Assembly: GCA_039096225.1 (NCBI GenBank)
Contig: JBBPEB010000002.1
Location: forward strand, 1,240,001-1,304,000
DNA from: Blastocystis sp. Blastoise
Taxonomy: Eukaryota; Protista; Bigyra: Opalinata
DNA: 64,000 nucleotides
Reading direction: 5' to 3'
The notes beneath the pieces are model-generated. The model saw only the letters and a list, made by a program, of their open reading frames with translations. It was not told where the DNA came from and did not search any database. A program made the position numbers and the translations under genes. Below are positions 1-14,094 of this stretch, one piece after another; positions within the stretch are counted from its first letter, which is position 1; every line of letters starts with the position of its first letter.

Positions 1-341
1 GTTATCGTTGTATTTGGAATTGACTTAATTGGAGTTTGATGGAGATCATTTGAGTTAATCTTTGTTTTGTTGACAAGTGATGATGAAGAAGAAGGAGAAG
101 TTTGTGATTCAGAAGAATTCAGATTAATTAAGTTCTGTAAAGAAATAGAATCGTTAATACTAATTAGACTAGGCAGAGAAGATGAAGATGAAGATGAATC
201 ATCAGAATTGTCAGATAATGTATATTTAATTTGATTGGCTGATAATAGTGACGCATCCATTGTTGTAACAGCTTGTTCTTTTGATTGAAGAGTCACAGGG
301 GATGTAGAATATATTTGAGATAATGTTTCTTCATCAATCTA

Positions 342-381
<40 letters not shown>

Positions 382-441
382 CATCTTCAATATTATTAGG
401 AGTAACAGGTGTAGCAGGAGTTAAAGGAGATAAATAGGGAG

Positions 442-491
<50 letters not shown>

Positions 492-845
492 GTCTTGAAT
501 TTTATGAACTGTTTTTAAATGACGTCGTCGATATCTATCTTCTTTAAAGGTTACATTACAACCTTGAATCGGACATATATATAGTACTTCTATATATATA
601 TATTTTATATACATCTATATATATATATATATATATACCTTGAAAATGTTTCATTTTCATATGTTTGTTATAGTATACATATAAAGGAATATATTAATAT
701 ATATTAATATTCATAATATATATATATATATAAATAAAGGATATCTCTTCTTTATTCGGTAGTTTTGCCTTACATATATTACACGTATATTTATGTTCTT
801 CATTTACGTGTACAATTAAGAAAAGTATATATATATAATAAAAGT

Positions 846-882
<37 letters not shown>

Positions 883-1830
883 AAAGTTATAAATATATAT
901 ATATAAATGATATATGTTGTCTAAGAAGAGATGCAGAAATAGTTTCAAATGAACAACCATCAATGTGACATTGAAAACTACCTATATAAATATATATATA
1001 TAACTATAAATTCTTATTAATGAGAATCAAACCCATATAATAAATACATTATACTATATATATATACACTATACAATAACTATATATATACCTTTATGAA
1101 TAAGTAAATGATCATTCAGTCGTTTCCGATTCATAAATCGTTTCCCACATCCCGAAATAGGACATAAAATAGGCTTGATTCCCGTGTGAATCTATAATAT
1201 AAATATATATATATATATACTATACAAGTATATTATTCATAATATACTAAATAAAAAAAAATGAATATATATAGTAATACCATATAATAGTATAATATAA
1301 TATATATAATATATACAAAGAGATGGCTTTCTAATTGGTTACGTTTATGAAATATCTCGTTACAAAAATCGCAGGTATATCCATTCATGTGAATGGATAA
1401 CGAATCAGATTCATCTTTGTGAGTTTTGATATGTCGTTGTAAGTTATATTCTGTATTAAATCTATAGCAAATAGTATTAAAGTAATTTTGAAAATAAGTA
1501 CTTTTTCTTGCAATCTTCTACAGGACATACATATTCCATGTCAGTATTATGTCTAAACATATATAAATGAAATATAAAATACATATAAACTCATGATTAT
1601 AAGTAAGAATAAAAGAAACAATAAAATACGTTTGCATGTGTCTTGTGAGATGATCTTTTCTTCCATAAGCCTTACCGCACCCTTCTACAGGACATATAAA
1701 TGATTTCTATATCATATAATAGCTATTCTAAGATTATAAAATGTACTTCATGTGTATGTTGAAGAATATGTCTGTCTAATTTTGCCTTATTCTTAAAAGA
1801 TTTAGAACAGTAACTGCATTGATAATTCAT
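1..1830 (-). CDS. GTF3A: TFIIIA-like C2H2 zinc-finger protein (multi-exon, about 8 fingers, 3' end runs off the window)
   Basis: Hand-spliced translation from ATG 1830 gives tandem C2H2 fingers, including CNEIFHKRNQLESHLFIHTGIKPILCPISGCGKRFMNRKRLNDHLLIHKGSFQCHIDGCSFETISASLLRQHVNEEH, which follows the pattern of TFIIIA fingers 4-6. A Ser-rich tail follows. Confidence 0.75.
673..744 (-). other. U12-type AT-AC intron (72 nt)
   Basis: Donor ATATCCTTT, branch-like TTCCTTTAT, ends TAC. Removal gives an in-frame finger CNICKAKLPNKEE|YNKHMKMKH. No GT-AG solution seen. Confidence 0.9.
808..913 (-). other. U12-type AT-AC intron (106 nt)
   Basis: Donor ATATCATTT (1 mismatch to consensus), branch-like TTTCTTAAT, ends CAC. 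Removal gives LLRQH|VNEEH, restoring the His pair. Confidence 0.85.
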
Positions 1831-2361
1831 TTCTGAAGTATTTCATTCAAAAACAAAAAATATTTGAATTTTTTATTTATTTTATTTTTTTTTTATTTTT
1901 ATATTGTTAATCCCAACTACCTAAATCTAAAATTAAAAAAAAATATTTTTTAGGTTCCTTTGAGTAATATACACAACATTTATACTATCTTATAAGTCTT
2001 TTTTATAAAGATAGATCACAAAATGAGTATCCATGACTCTGATGTTTCTATTTAAAGGATATAAAATATCTGAAATGACTCTGAGAAACAAGTTACATGA
2101 TAATTCATTATTCTTATGTATAAAAATAAATTAATAAAATCTGATTGTATTTATTTATGCATTTCCATATACATTCAAAAGACTTATGAGTTCTTGAGAT
2201 ACAGAATACATTACTAATTACTTATAGAATACTCTTCATGATATTTCTTCAGTAAAAAATACAATAAAAAAACGAAATTCTTGGCGAATGAATCTCACTT
2301 TCCTTTTTGGCCATTAGTTGAGTTTTATTGATTATAACGATCGAGAAATTCTTTAAAAACG

Positions 2362-3278
2362 ATGGCTGGATTCCTTTACTCTGCATTTTTGATTTCCTCA
2401 TCTATAGCTTCTTACTCATTGTATGGCATTTACACTAAAGTAAGTTTGTTTCAAAGAATTTCAGTGATTTATTTAGTTATCAAAAGAGAATGAGAATGGA
2501 TATGAGCATTCTACATTTATGAGTTCATTTGTGACCGAAGTAATTACATATTCTTTTTTACTTTAAAGATATATATCATAAATTTTATATTATATAGCTT
2601 ATAAAATGTATTATATCCTTCATATCCTTCAAATGGGAGTGTTTTCAAGATAAAAATGTTCGAAAACAGTTTGAAGTAAAGGAAATTTTTCTTTGGGTTG
2701 TTCCTTCTCTATTATATTGTGTTGCTAATAATCTATACAGTTTAATTATCACAATATCAGATCCAATTACTGCTCAAGTCTATGGTAGTTTGGAAATTGT
2801 CACTGTAGGTTTATTTTCTGTGTTAATCTTAAAGAAAAAGTATTTATGATTTTATTAAAAATCTGATTAATATGATATTTATTATTTTATAGAATAAATG
2901 GAACTCAATGGGCAGCATTAGTTTTGGTTTGCACATCTGTAGCTGAAATTGAATTAGGAAAAAGTTCTGAATCTATTGATGACTTTAATATTTTAGCACT
3001 TTTTTATAGTATTATTAGTTCTTCTTTCGCTGCTTGTGCTGGTGTCGTCATTGAAAAATTGATGAAAAACCATAAAGATATGTCATTTTTCCAACAGAGT
3101 ATCTGGCTTTATTTGTATGTTTATATATATATATATATTTATATATATATTTATATGTTTATATATATATTTATTTTTAATTTGATATGGAATATCTGAA
3201 GAGATTCATGGTTATTGTAATAAAAATATTCATAATATTAATGATAATAATAATTATTATAACTGTTATATTTATAAA

Positions 3279-3310
<32 letters not shown>

Positions 3311-3725
3311 TATATATAGTTGGGGATGTATCACAAATATGACGTTATTAGTAATAAATAATGGAAAAAATAGCGTTTATTGGATAACACTGCAAAACTT
3401 TAATAAATATACTTATTTAGCTATTATGGTGTATATATAATATTTTCTCTATTAATTATTTATGTATTTCTAATTATTTTAAAATATTTAATTTTATGAT
3501 TCTTATATAAAAATAATAGCATACATAATTGTTTTTTACTATAATTTTTTTTTAGAAATATATAAATATATATATTAATTTCTATAGATCTGTTTATCGT
3601 GGTTTAATTACTGGATTAATCTTAAAGCATCTGAATTCAATTATTAAGTCCTTTGCTTCCTCGTTTTCTCTCGTATTTACAGCCGTTGGCAGTATGATTA
3701 TTCTGGGTGACGAACTCTCATATCC

Positions 3726-3786
<61 letters not shown>

Positions 3787-3789
3787 CAA

Positions 3790-3831
<42 letters not shown>

Positions 3832-4357
3832 CAAATTATTATTATTATTATTTTTATTAACCAATTATTATTAACCAAATTATTATTATTATTTTACTAT
3901 AATTAATAGAATAACAATTAATATATTCTATATTTTCTAACTATACTCGTATTATTTCTATTACTATAATATGTCGCTATATATACGTCTTTAATTATGA
4001 TTTACGATTATATTTGATTTATCTGTCATCAATCTCTGTATTGCTTTATATTTATATAAAGTAGCTGCTCATCCGGAACGAAAAAATACTAAAACAAAAG
4101 GGAAAAAAACTTATGTATCTTTCCGTACTGCAAATATATCTACGGATGTTCCTGAAGAAGAACAACTTAATTCCGTTACAGTTCAGGGAAATACTATTTC
4201 ATCTAAACCAACTACTCTTCAATTAACAGAAAACCCAGTTTCCAATCCTTCTGAGAATTCCCGTGGAAATACAAGTGATCATGAGGAGGATGAGGAAGAA
4301 GAAGAAGAAATTGAATATACATTACGTCCTACTATTCGTTTACAACAACAACAATAA
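2362..4357 (+). CDS. Nucleotide-sugar transporter (SLC35A / UDP-Gal / CMP-Sia type), multi-exon
   Basis: Hydrophobic exons with family-like segments VPSLLYCVANNL, SSFAACAGVVIEKLMK and GLILKHLNSIIKSFA. Acidic C-terminal tail, TAA at 4355-4357. Confidence 0.85.
3720..4005 (+). other. U12-type AT-AC intron (286 nt, ATT-repeat filled)
   Basis: Donor ATATCCTTTT at 3720, branch-like TCTTTAAT 3988-3995, ends TTAC at 4005. Removal joins GDELS to IIFDLSVINLCIALYLY in frame. Confidence 0.9.
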
Positions 4358-4820
4358 CTATAATATATATATGTTATCATTTAATTTATTATTATTTTTT
4401 TTCACTTTTTTTTTGTGTTTATTTTTCAGAGTTTACTTTATTTTTTGTTGTATTACAATAACTATAGATTAATTCTTGTTTGGTATGTTAAACTCAATTG
4501 AATATTAGATATATAAAAAAAATCTGTATATATAGCAAATAAATATTATATTAAAAAACAAAACAAAACACGATTTCATTTCAGCTAATAATAAGGAATT
4601 TAGCAAAAGATATAAAACTATACATAAAGCGTTAATCAATAAAAAGAATAAAAGATAAAGAAAACGATATACAGCAACAATAACAACAATAGAGAAAAAA
4701 AGTTACGTTTCTTACATATACAAAAGATATAAAAAACCCCACACCTCTACAACAATAGATAATACTAACGACTTGAAGATATTCAAATAAATATAGAATA
4801 TTTATATGTATCCTTTATAT

Positions 4821-5799
4821 TTAGTTCTTCACTAAACGTCCACCATAGAAGAATTTTTGGTAGGAAGGAATAATAGCTTCGTTGGTTAATAAGATAATCA
4901 TAGCATGAGGAGCACAACGGAAGTAGTAAGTCCAGAATCCTTTCCAAAGAGAGAAAATACCTTCACTCTTCACAGTCTTTAAGAAAGCATCAGTTAAACC
5001 TTTATAAGGCATTTTACCTTCAGCATCAGGTTTCATAGACATTAAACGAGTTTTCATCATATCAAAAGGAAGAGAAGTGAGAGCACAACAGAAACCAGAA
5101 ATAGCAGAACAAAGAAGGTTAGCAGCAATACCAGGATTCATAAATTTAAGAGTTAATTGTTTAGCTTGATCATAAGAAGCTAACATACCAACGTTCATAG
5201 CCATAGCACGACAAATCATAGGAAGACAACCTCTCCAAAGAGTGAAAAGACCTTCATCTCTAACAATTCTGTAAAGAGCATGGAAAACATTTTTGTAACC
5301 ACGACGAAGTTCCGGAGGTTGAAGACCATCAGCTTGCATTCTAACCATGGAAATATCAAAAGGATTACCGATCATACCAGCAATAGCACCAGAAGCTAAA
5401 CCAGAAAAAGTAGATTGCCAAAAAGTCATCTTTCCACCATTTCTTTCCTTTAAATAATCAGAAAAGACTCTATGAAGACCAAGACGACAAGTACCATAAA
5501 TAGCTTGTCTCAATAAGGAAGCAGAAAGACCAGCATATAACTTGAAGAAACCTTCTTGTTGAATGACTTGTTTGGTTAAGAAGATAGGAGAAGCATTAGC
5601 ACCTTTACCAAGAACTTGAATTCTAGTTTTGACAAGATCAATAGGTTGAACACAGAAAGATGCAAAACAGGCAGAGAAACCTCCAGTAAGAAAAGGTTCC
5701 GCTTTTCTCCATCTCTTTTGACCAGCTATATATTTTATAGATGTAAACGATAGAGTATTCGAAGTATATACCAGTTAAACTCTTAGGATCGATGCTCAT
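4821..5799 (-). CDS. Mitochondrial carrier, 2-oxoglutarate/malate (OGC/DTC-like); 2 exons, intron 5726-5771
   Basis: Three PxDxxK/RxR signatures (PIDLVKTR, PFDISMVR, PFDMMKTR), plus RQAIYGTCRLG and RMQADG. Confidence 0.92.
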
Positions 5800-6829
5800 T
5801 GCAAGTGAACGATAATTAAAATATAAAATAAAATGTGAATGAGCATTGAAACAAATGTTCATCATAAAGAAAGAGATGCCGTAATGATGCGTTATTTAAG
5901 GGAATTCATCATTATTATCCATGTTCTCCATAAATAATTAGTGGAATCGATCATATCTTTTTGGTGATAAACAATGTCAGCGAGTTTCCCTCTTTAAAAA
6001 TGTATTTTTTCATATATTCAACTTATTGGGTTATTTTCATGTTCAATGAAATTAACAAATAATATTGTTTGATCAGTTTCATTATTCTGCGTCATCTCTA
6101 ATGACGCATTGATAGAGAGAAACTGAAAGAAGACACCACATATTTTCTATTAAGAACCTCAAGATGCGAAAATTGTATTAGAGATGAAAGGTTATTATTC
6201 TTTGATATCGGAATTATATTTATTTGTATGTTTTCTCATATAATATTATTTTAATATTCTATTAAAGTTTAGTTATTTATTATTTGAATCTTGAGACTCA
6301 GTTGAAATAAATAGTTGGCAATTGCTGTCAATTTTTTATGTCGTGTATTTAATTTTTTTCAAAGCGAATATATTCAAATTTATTTTAGTGGAGTTTTATA
6401 GATACAAGAACAAACTTGTTTTTCAAAGTTCTCTGTTCTTCGGTTTTTCTTTCTTTATAAGTGATTTAAATAGTCTCTATTACAAATAGTACCTAAAAAA
6501 GAATTTCTTTTGTATTCAAATCGATTCTAATATTATGTCATTTTTCATTTATCTATTTATAATTCAGATTTGGTTGTATTTGATATCAAGAAGCTTCTAT
6601 ATGATTAGAATTGATATTTTAAATGGTATAACTACATATTTGATAAAATTATTTGATTTGTCCTTTATAAGAAAGACTCTGCATTCATTTGATTGAAGAG
6701 AGATATATATGCATTTGAAATGCACGTAGTGAATAGCTATATAAATCCTTTGCTAACGCTGATACAGTAATCTGTTTTATTATAAAAAATATATACTGTC
6801 AAATAGATAAAGAAATAACAAATAAATGT

Positions 6830-6903
6830 GCTTCTGTGGCGCAATTGGATAGCGCACCAGACTTCTAATCTGGGGGTTCTGAGTTCAAGTCTCAGCTGGA
6901 GCT
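6830..6903 (+). tRNA. tRNA-Arg(UCU)
   Basis: Cloverleaf: acceptor GCTTCTG/CTGGAGC, D-arm GCGC..GCGC, anticodon stem CCAGA/TCTGG with loop CTTCTAA, T-arm CTGAG-TTCAAGT-CTCAG. Confidence 0.95.
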
Positions 6904-7424
6904 TCTCTTTTTATCTTTTTCTGTTATGAATGTTGAACATATAAATATGCTTTTAAAAGTGTAATGAATTATTTATATGTTTCATAAGTTTTTTTAAATG
7001 CAAATTCATTTGCAAAACAATAAAATACCTGAAGAATGAAAAAAACCTATTAATTAATTTGCTGTTCAGTTAATTAGTACATTCATTAGGCATAAAATTA
7101 AATATAATAGATGTATATACATAAGAAATGCTGTTTACAAAGAAATAATTGTTGATTACTCATTGAAAAACTCCTTTTAGCTTCCATAACATGTTCATAT
7201 AGTCATCTACATATTTTTTTATAAATAAATATGATATTTCTAATAATATAATCATTTTTCATCCTATAAATGAAAGAATAAAGTAAAAGAACTGGATTCA
7301 AAAAGGATTATAAATAATAATGATTATTTCTCTTGATTGAACTAAATTTTTCTTATTTTCTGTTTAGAAAAAGTGTTTTTTTTTTAAAGTAAAGTTAATT
7401 TTTCTTACTAATAATAAAGTTAAT

Positions 7425-8776
7425 ATGAGTGATAACGATCATTCTGAAGTTGACATTGTTAGCTCAGAAGGAAATGAAATCAATATTTCAAATGATACAA
7501 GAGATTCTTTTGCCTCCTCTACAAATAGCAATTCAGATTCAAAGCAATATAAGAATATGATAGATGAAGATGATGAGAATGAGAAAACTCAACGTTCTGT
7601 ATATATATAATTTGAATTCATTAATAATTTTTGATAATTTAGAGAACATCAAGTTTCAGTTCTGATTTCGGTATTATTTTATTAATATTATATTTATCTG
7701 CTTATAACCGTATTTCATATATAGATCAAGATGAAGAAAACATTCGTTTCCAAAATCAAATTTCTAGAATGTATATACTATTCTTATATTAATTATATAT
7801 TATAAAAGACTATATTATTCATATTGTATATATAAAGAAATGAAGAATACGAGCAAGCTATTTGTCGTGCTAAAACTTATGCTGATGAAAAATTATTTAA
7901 TGAAATGGATAAAGTATTTGATTCGATATTAAATGGCGAATTAATGGATTATGCCATTCATTCTGTTAATTTCTGGCTTGTTTGGGCTGAATTAGAAGCA
8001 GTATATATTAAGAGAATATTGTAGTTTTCAATTCTATTTTTATGATATATATACTATATATGTTATTATTTTTTTAGTTTTTTAAAAATTTATTTGTATA
8101 TATACTATAAGACTATTATATATAGTTAAAGAATAACCCAGATAATGTTATCAATATATATTCACGGGGATGCGAATTATTAAAATATCGACCCATCGAT
8201 CATAATACTTTAGGAACAGTATATATAATAATTATAATATATATGTATATATGATTATTATAGTTATTCTACTTAATATATATATATGATTATTATAGTT
8301 ATTCTACTTAATATATATATAGAGTATGCGTAATTATGTGGATAAAATGATTCATATTCAGGATATAAATGATTTATTATCTAAGAAGGCTATACCTAAA
8401 CAAAGATCAAGGTATATATATATATAGACTAATAAGAATAGTTATACTATTATATAATAAACAGAATAATAATAATAGTTTTTAGAGTATTTTTTTGTAA
8501 GTATTACTATATTATTATTGATTATAACGGGATATTGAAAATAACCTATCTATGCTATACATTTATATATTATTAATATGATTATATATATATATAGTTT
8601 ATGTAATACAGTGATGTCTATTGTGAAGAAAAGAAGTTTAAGTCTGTTAAGCAGACGTTTATCCACTGGATCACAATTAGGTTCTCCACAACGTGTCGAA
8701 TCTCCAGCGAAGTATATAATAATAATAAAGATTTGTTAATAATAATACAGATTTGGTTAATAATAATAAAGATTTG

Positions 8777-8828
<52 letters not shown>

Positions 8829-8877
8829 TTAATAATAATAATAATAATAATAAGAATAATAATAATAATAATAATAA

Positions 8878-8924
<47 letters not shown>

Positions 8925-9000
8925 TATATATAGGAGAAGAAGGACAACAACAGACCAATCTTATTTCACGACGAATGCAACTACAAATAATATACAATAA
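7425..9000 (+). CDS. Hypothetical protein (8 exons) with a HAT/TPR-like helical pair
   Basis: GT-AG exons splice in frame from ATG 7425 to TAA 8998-9000. Contains FWLVWAELEA..NPDNVINIYSRG. Confidence 0.65.
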
Positions 9001-10897
9001 TATATGTATATTATTATTATCCTATAAGTCTTTTTTTTATTATCTATTATTTATATGTTTGTTATTCATTTATTATTCATTTTGTTTTTGTTTCATGTAT
9101 ATATATAAAGCGAAATATATATATATTTTAAATATATAACACTGGTGGGCAGCTTTTTAAAATCGTGAAAATTCTGGTATGCACCCTAGCTGTTTTTTGG
9201 TATAAAAAAAGTGATTTTCTGGTATATACAGGACTTTTCCTGGTATAAACTTATGGTGGGTTTTGTATTCCTATAGTGACGGGCCATGTATCTTTTTATG
9301 ACTACGACTTATTTTTAATGTTTTTTTTTGGTATTCCATAATGACAGTGGTTGTATTTACTGTTGATATATATAAGATAAAAATGTCCATAACAACATCT
9401 ATTTTACATTTTAGACTTTCATTAGGATTATTTTAGACTGTTTTAAACACATTATTTCTTTGTCTTCTTTTAATACATATTTTAGTTGTTTAAGCATAAA
9501 AAACAATAAAAATAACAAAATACAAAAAAATAAAAGAATAAACAATTAAATAAAGTAAAATATAAAAAACTATTATTTAATTTTGACCGAGGGACTTTGT
9601 TTTCTACTCATATAAGGAACCTATAAAAATATAATTATAGAAATGTAATAAATAAAAGGATAAATAAATACATACAGTTTAAGAGCTCATGGAGAATCGC
9701 ATTTCCTTGAAGCAGAACAACAAGAGAGGTTACCTTTGAAATCAAGTTATTTCTGGTCAGCTGATCGTTATAGAAGAAGCTATATTTATAATCACGAAGA
9801 GAATCTGTGCTTATTTTTGAATAATTTGAGTTATATATACAAGCTATAGAATAATAGATATATAGGGAATGAAAAAAAATACCATTTTAAAGAAAACAAC
9901 CAACTTTATAAATATTAATAAATATAAAGATTTTTGTAAGTGTTTTCTTGAAAAAAGAATAAGCATGGCCCTGAATATGAATTTGTATGAATTTTTTTAT
10001 ATATAAGAAAAGTACTAAAATCCAGGGGTTATTTCGACTCTGTAATATTTTTAGTAAAACTTCACTTTGAAGTTAAGAAAAATGTATATATTAATGCTTG
10101 TGTAATATGGTTGTTTATAAATATATAAATTGTACTCTGACAATGGTTTTAAGGTTACTGGTGTAAAAAACTTCCATTCTTGAAGGCAATTACTTTCATA
10201 TTTGTTTTACTTATGAGCTTTATTGACGTTGTAGTGTTGATTGATTGTCAGTGAGTCGTTTTGAGTCAAAATATATACAAATAACGAACTTTTATCAAAC
10301 TGATTAACAAATACTGAGATAAAATATTTTATTATATTTATGTTTTCTTTTAATAGCAATACACTTGTAGAGATGAATAAGTGTAAAATTAGCTTTTAAA
10401 AAGCTTAATTAAATGGTTTTAAGGTTATTTTCAATAAATAAAAATATTTTCTAAAAATATTATAAATATATATATACAAGCTTTATTTTCAATTATTTTC
10501 ATTTAAAAAAGATTATAAAAACTAAAAGATTATTAACTATTATATATTATACAAAGAGAATAAATAAAATAATTTATTAATATTATAATAATAAAAAGAT
10601 ATATATATAATAAAAAGTAAATATAAAAACAACAATATAATATAATTACTTATAATAAGAATGAGTTAATAAATACTAGTTGATTATTTTAATTTAGGAT
10701 AGATTTATATATATATATAACATTTATTATATAACCTATATATATATAATCCATGTATATAACCTATATGTACATATACGTATATATTGTTCATTCTCCA
10801 TTGTATATATTATCTTTTTAAAACAGGCTACTGATTAAGAGAAAGAGTAATAGTAGTAGAGAAAAGAATTACAATAATTATATATCTATTTAATCTA

Positions 10898-11200
10898 TAT
10901 AAATATATTTAAATAGATATAAATAAATATAAATAGATATAAATAAATATAAATAGATATAAATAGATATAAATAAATATAAATAGATATATAAATAAAT
11001 ATAAATAAATATAAACATATATATAAATATAAACAGATATAAATAAATATAAATAAATATAAATAAATATAAATAAATATAAATAAATATAAATAAATAT
11101 AAATAAATATAAATAAATATAAATAAATATAAATAGATATAAATAGACATAAATAAATATAAATATATTTAAATAGATATAAATAGATATAAATAAAGAT
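10898..11200. repeat. 10-bp minisatellite (AAATA(A/G)ATAT)n
   Basis: Direct reading. Produces the spurious IYIYLYLF ORFs. Confidence 0.9.
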
Positions 11201-11289
11201 TAATAAATGAATATATATATACTGAAACATTCAACACATTCCTCGATATAAATAAAACTCTCTCATTTCATTAGTCTTCATTTCTATCT

Positions 11290-11719
11290 ATTCTTTTTAT
11301 TATATATGTATATATTAATTAGTTGAAGAATACAATAATTAAGAGTAATTAATCTCATTTTAAGGCATTTATTTTCTACTTAAGTATATTAATTCTAAAG
11401 GTGAAAGTATAAGAAGAATCACGGGAAAAATGATCTATTTATAAATAGATATAATAGATATAGTATTCTAAATTGTTTGTTAAACGTATATAATAACATA
11501 TATGTATATATATATATAGTTTTATGTATAATAATATATACATATAAATATAAAAAATGATATAATAATAATAACATTATATACTATAGGAGAGATAGTA
11601 GTACCAGAAACAAATAACATAAATTTCATTGAGTACTCAAGAAAGAATAATGTATTCTTACACTATATATGTTTATATAAAAATAAATATAGACAAATAC
11701 ATATAGAATAGTAGCTAAA

Positions 11720-11761
<42 letters not shown>

Positions 11762-13950
11762 TATTGTATATACATAATATATACTTTATGTAAACTGTGA
11801 TTCTCTACTAAAGAAGAATCATAAATATATTTAACTATATATATATTATAATATAAATTAATAAATACATAGTAATTTTAATATATATACTTATATGAAT
11901 AATCTCGAATTCTTATTTTATATTTTATTCACATCATAAGAAGCACAATATTCAAAACATATATATAATATCTCCTTGTTGATTTAATACATATATAACT
12001 ATAGATAGAGAAAGCTAAAATGAATTTATAATATATAGTAATATATAATGTTATATATAAAGTGTAATAACAGTAATATATATTTAATAATATACATAAT
12101 AGTATGTTAAACCATATAAAACAGATTAACCAAAAGAAAAGACATTTTTGAGGGTTCATAGTAACTTCTCTACCACTTTCTTTTCATGATACTAAACTAT
12201 ATATAATAGATACATATAATAATATATTTATTTGGAAATATTATAATTAAATATATACTTTTATAATAATATGTTTAACTTGATATAATTCCAAATAAAC
12301 TGAACTCGCAATAAATAGTGAGACTCTCTTGACACTAACCCATTCTTATTACAATCGAGAGAAGTCTATCTATATCTATATTCATATATATCTATGAAAT
12401 AAAAATAGTAATAATAAAGATAATAATAATATAATTATATATAATAATATAATAATATATATATAACTATTTTTTTACAATAATAACATTAAAATGCATA
12501 TAAATAAAGATATATATATAAATATATAATCGAGATTAATCCATATAAACAAAATTATTAATATACTAATTTTCCAAATCCTTTTATTAAAAGGAATAAA
12601 CTTTTCTATATTTTTCCCTATAAGAATTTATTCAATTGTCTAGTTTCTATTATACTGAAAAACTATATATATATATATATAATAAACAATATAATAATAA
12701 TATATGTATATAGAAAACATTATATATAATAATATATATAATAATATATATATACATAATTATATATATAAATCATTTAAGATTCGTCATAATCAATATA
12801 ATAATAACTGTTTTCTTTAATTCTAAATATTTTATTCTGCTATAGACATAGATATATAATAAATACTACAATATATAATATATATATACCATATTATAAT
12901 GAAAGCAAGTAGTAATAACCTATGTTCTATCTTTATGCTGATTAATTCTCAGTATTCAAATAGTATTAGATGCCTATATATATAATACAAAATCATTTTA
13001 ATAATTTAAAAATATATTGAAAAAATTGAGAAATATTCTTAATAATATATATATATATAATAATATATATATATATAATAATATATATATATATATATAA
13101 TAATATATAATAATATATATATATATATATATACAATAATTTTCTATAATGAACTTTGATATAATTGTTCAATTAATCAAATGATACTATATAAATAATA
13201 AATAGAATGAATATATAAAAAATATATATATAATAATGATAATAAATAATTTATAAATATATAGAGTAATAAATAATATAAATTTTAATACATTCAATTC
13301 TATATAAAAAAGTGAATAAATAAATCTAAAATAAAATAAATATATAAAACAATATTCTCCAATATATTTTAATTCAATCTACATCTAAAATAAGAAAATA
13401 GAATATTATAAAAATACAAAACTAATAATAATAAAAAAATTTATAAATACCTAATAATAAATACGAAAAACAATTCTTTCAATTAAATCACTTTTTCAAG
13501 ATTCGATAACTACCCTAGAGTAATATAGATAGTGAATAAAGTAAAAATAAATAAAAAAATAAATAATAATAAATATATACGGAAATGAATGTCTCCCATT
13601 CTCTCCTTTTTAATTTATTTTGAAATTTTTTTGATTTGAAACCATCCATTACTACCATTAAAGCAAATTGAATGATCTCATTCAATTACAACCTAAATAA
13701 ATAAAATAGAAATTAGACAAAATTATTATATTTTATATTTATATACTTTTGAAGAGACCTGCGTGACTAAAGAGAAGGCTTGAAACTGTTGGTGACATCT
13801 ATAAGTTCTAAAAATAAATAAACGATAACATAATTACTGATTAAGTATTTGTATATAAAATAATTATAAAATATTTACTAATTTAAAGGTTCACAGACTT
13901 CTTGAGATAGTTGATGCTCGAAAATAAATGAAAAGCAATCAACAAAGCTT
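11290..13950 (-). pseudogene. Decayed multi-exon gene fragment inside the CACTG element
   Basis: Exon-like blocks bounded by TATAG/GTATAT on the minus strand (e.g. 13581-13692, L*LNEIIQFALMVVMDGFKSKKF) with in-frame stops and frameshifts. Product not recognised, boundaries approximate. Confidence 0.55.
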
Positions 13951-14075
13951 GATAAGCTTAAAAATAAATTTTTGATTTTTTAAAAAAATAATTTTTTTTA
14001 TACAATTTTTTCTTTTGTTAGTTAAAGACTTTTTTTCGACCGATTTTTTTCTTTTTTTTGTCTTAAACTGAACTC

Positions 14076-14094
14076 AAACCCTAACCCTAACCCT
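14076..14094. repeat. Short telomere-type repeat (CCCTAA) x about 3
   Basis: AAACCCTAACCCTAACCCT read directly. Confidence 0.7.

Noticed and set aside
2613-2629. Two ATATCCTT motifs in the transporter gene
   Set aside because: They lie in an open exon (IISFISFKW) that needs no intron.
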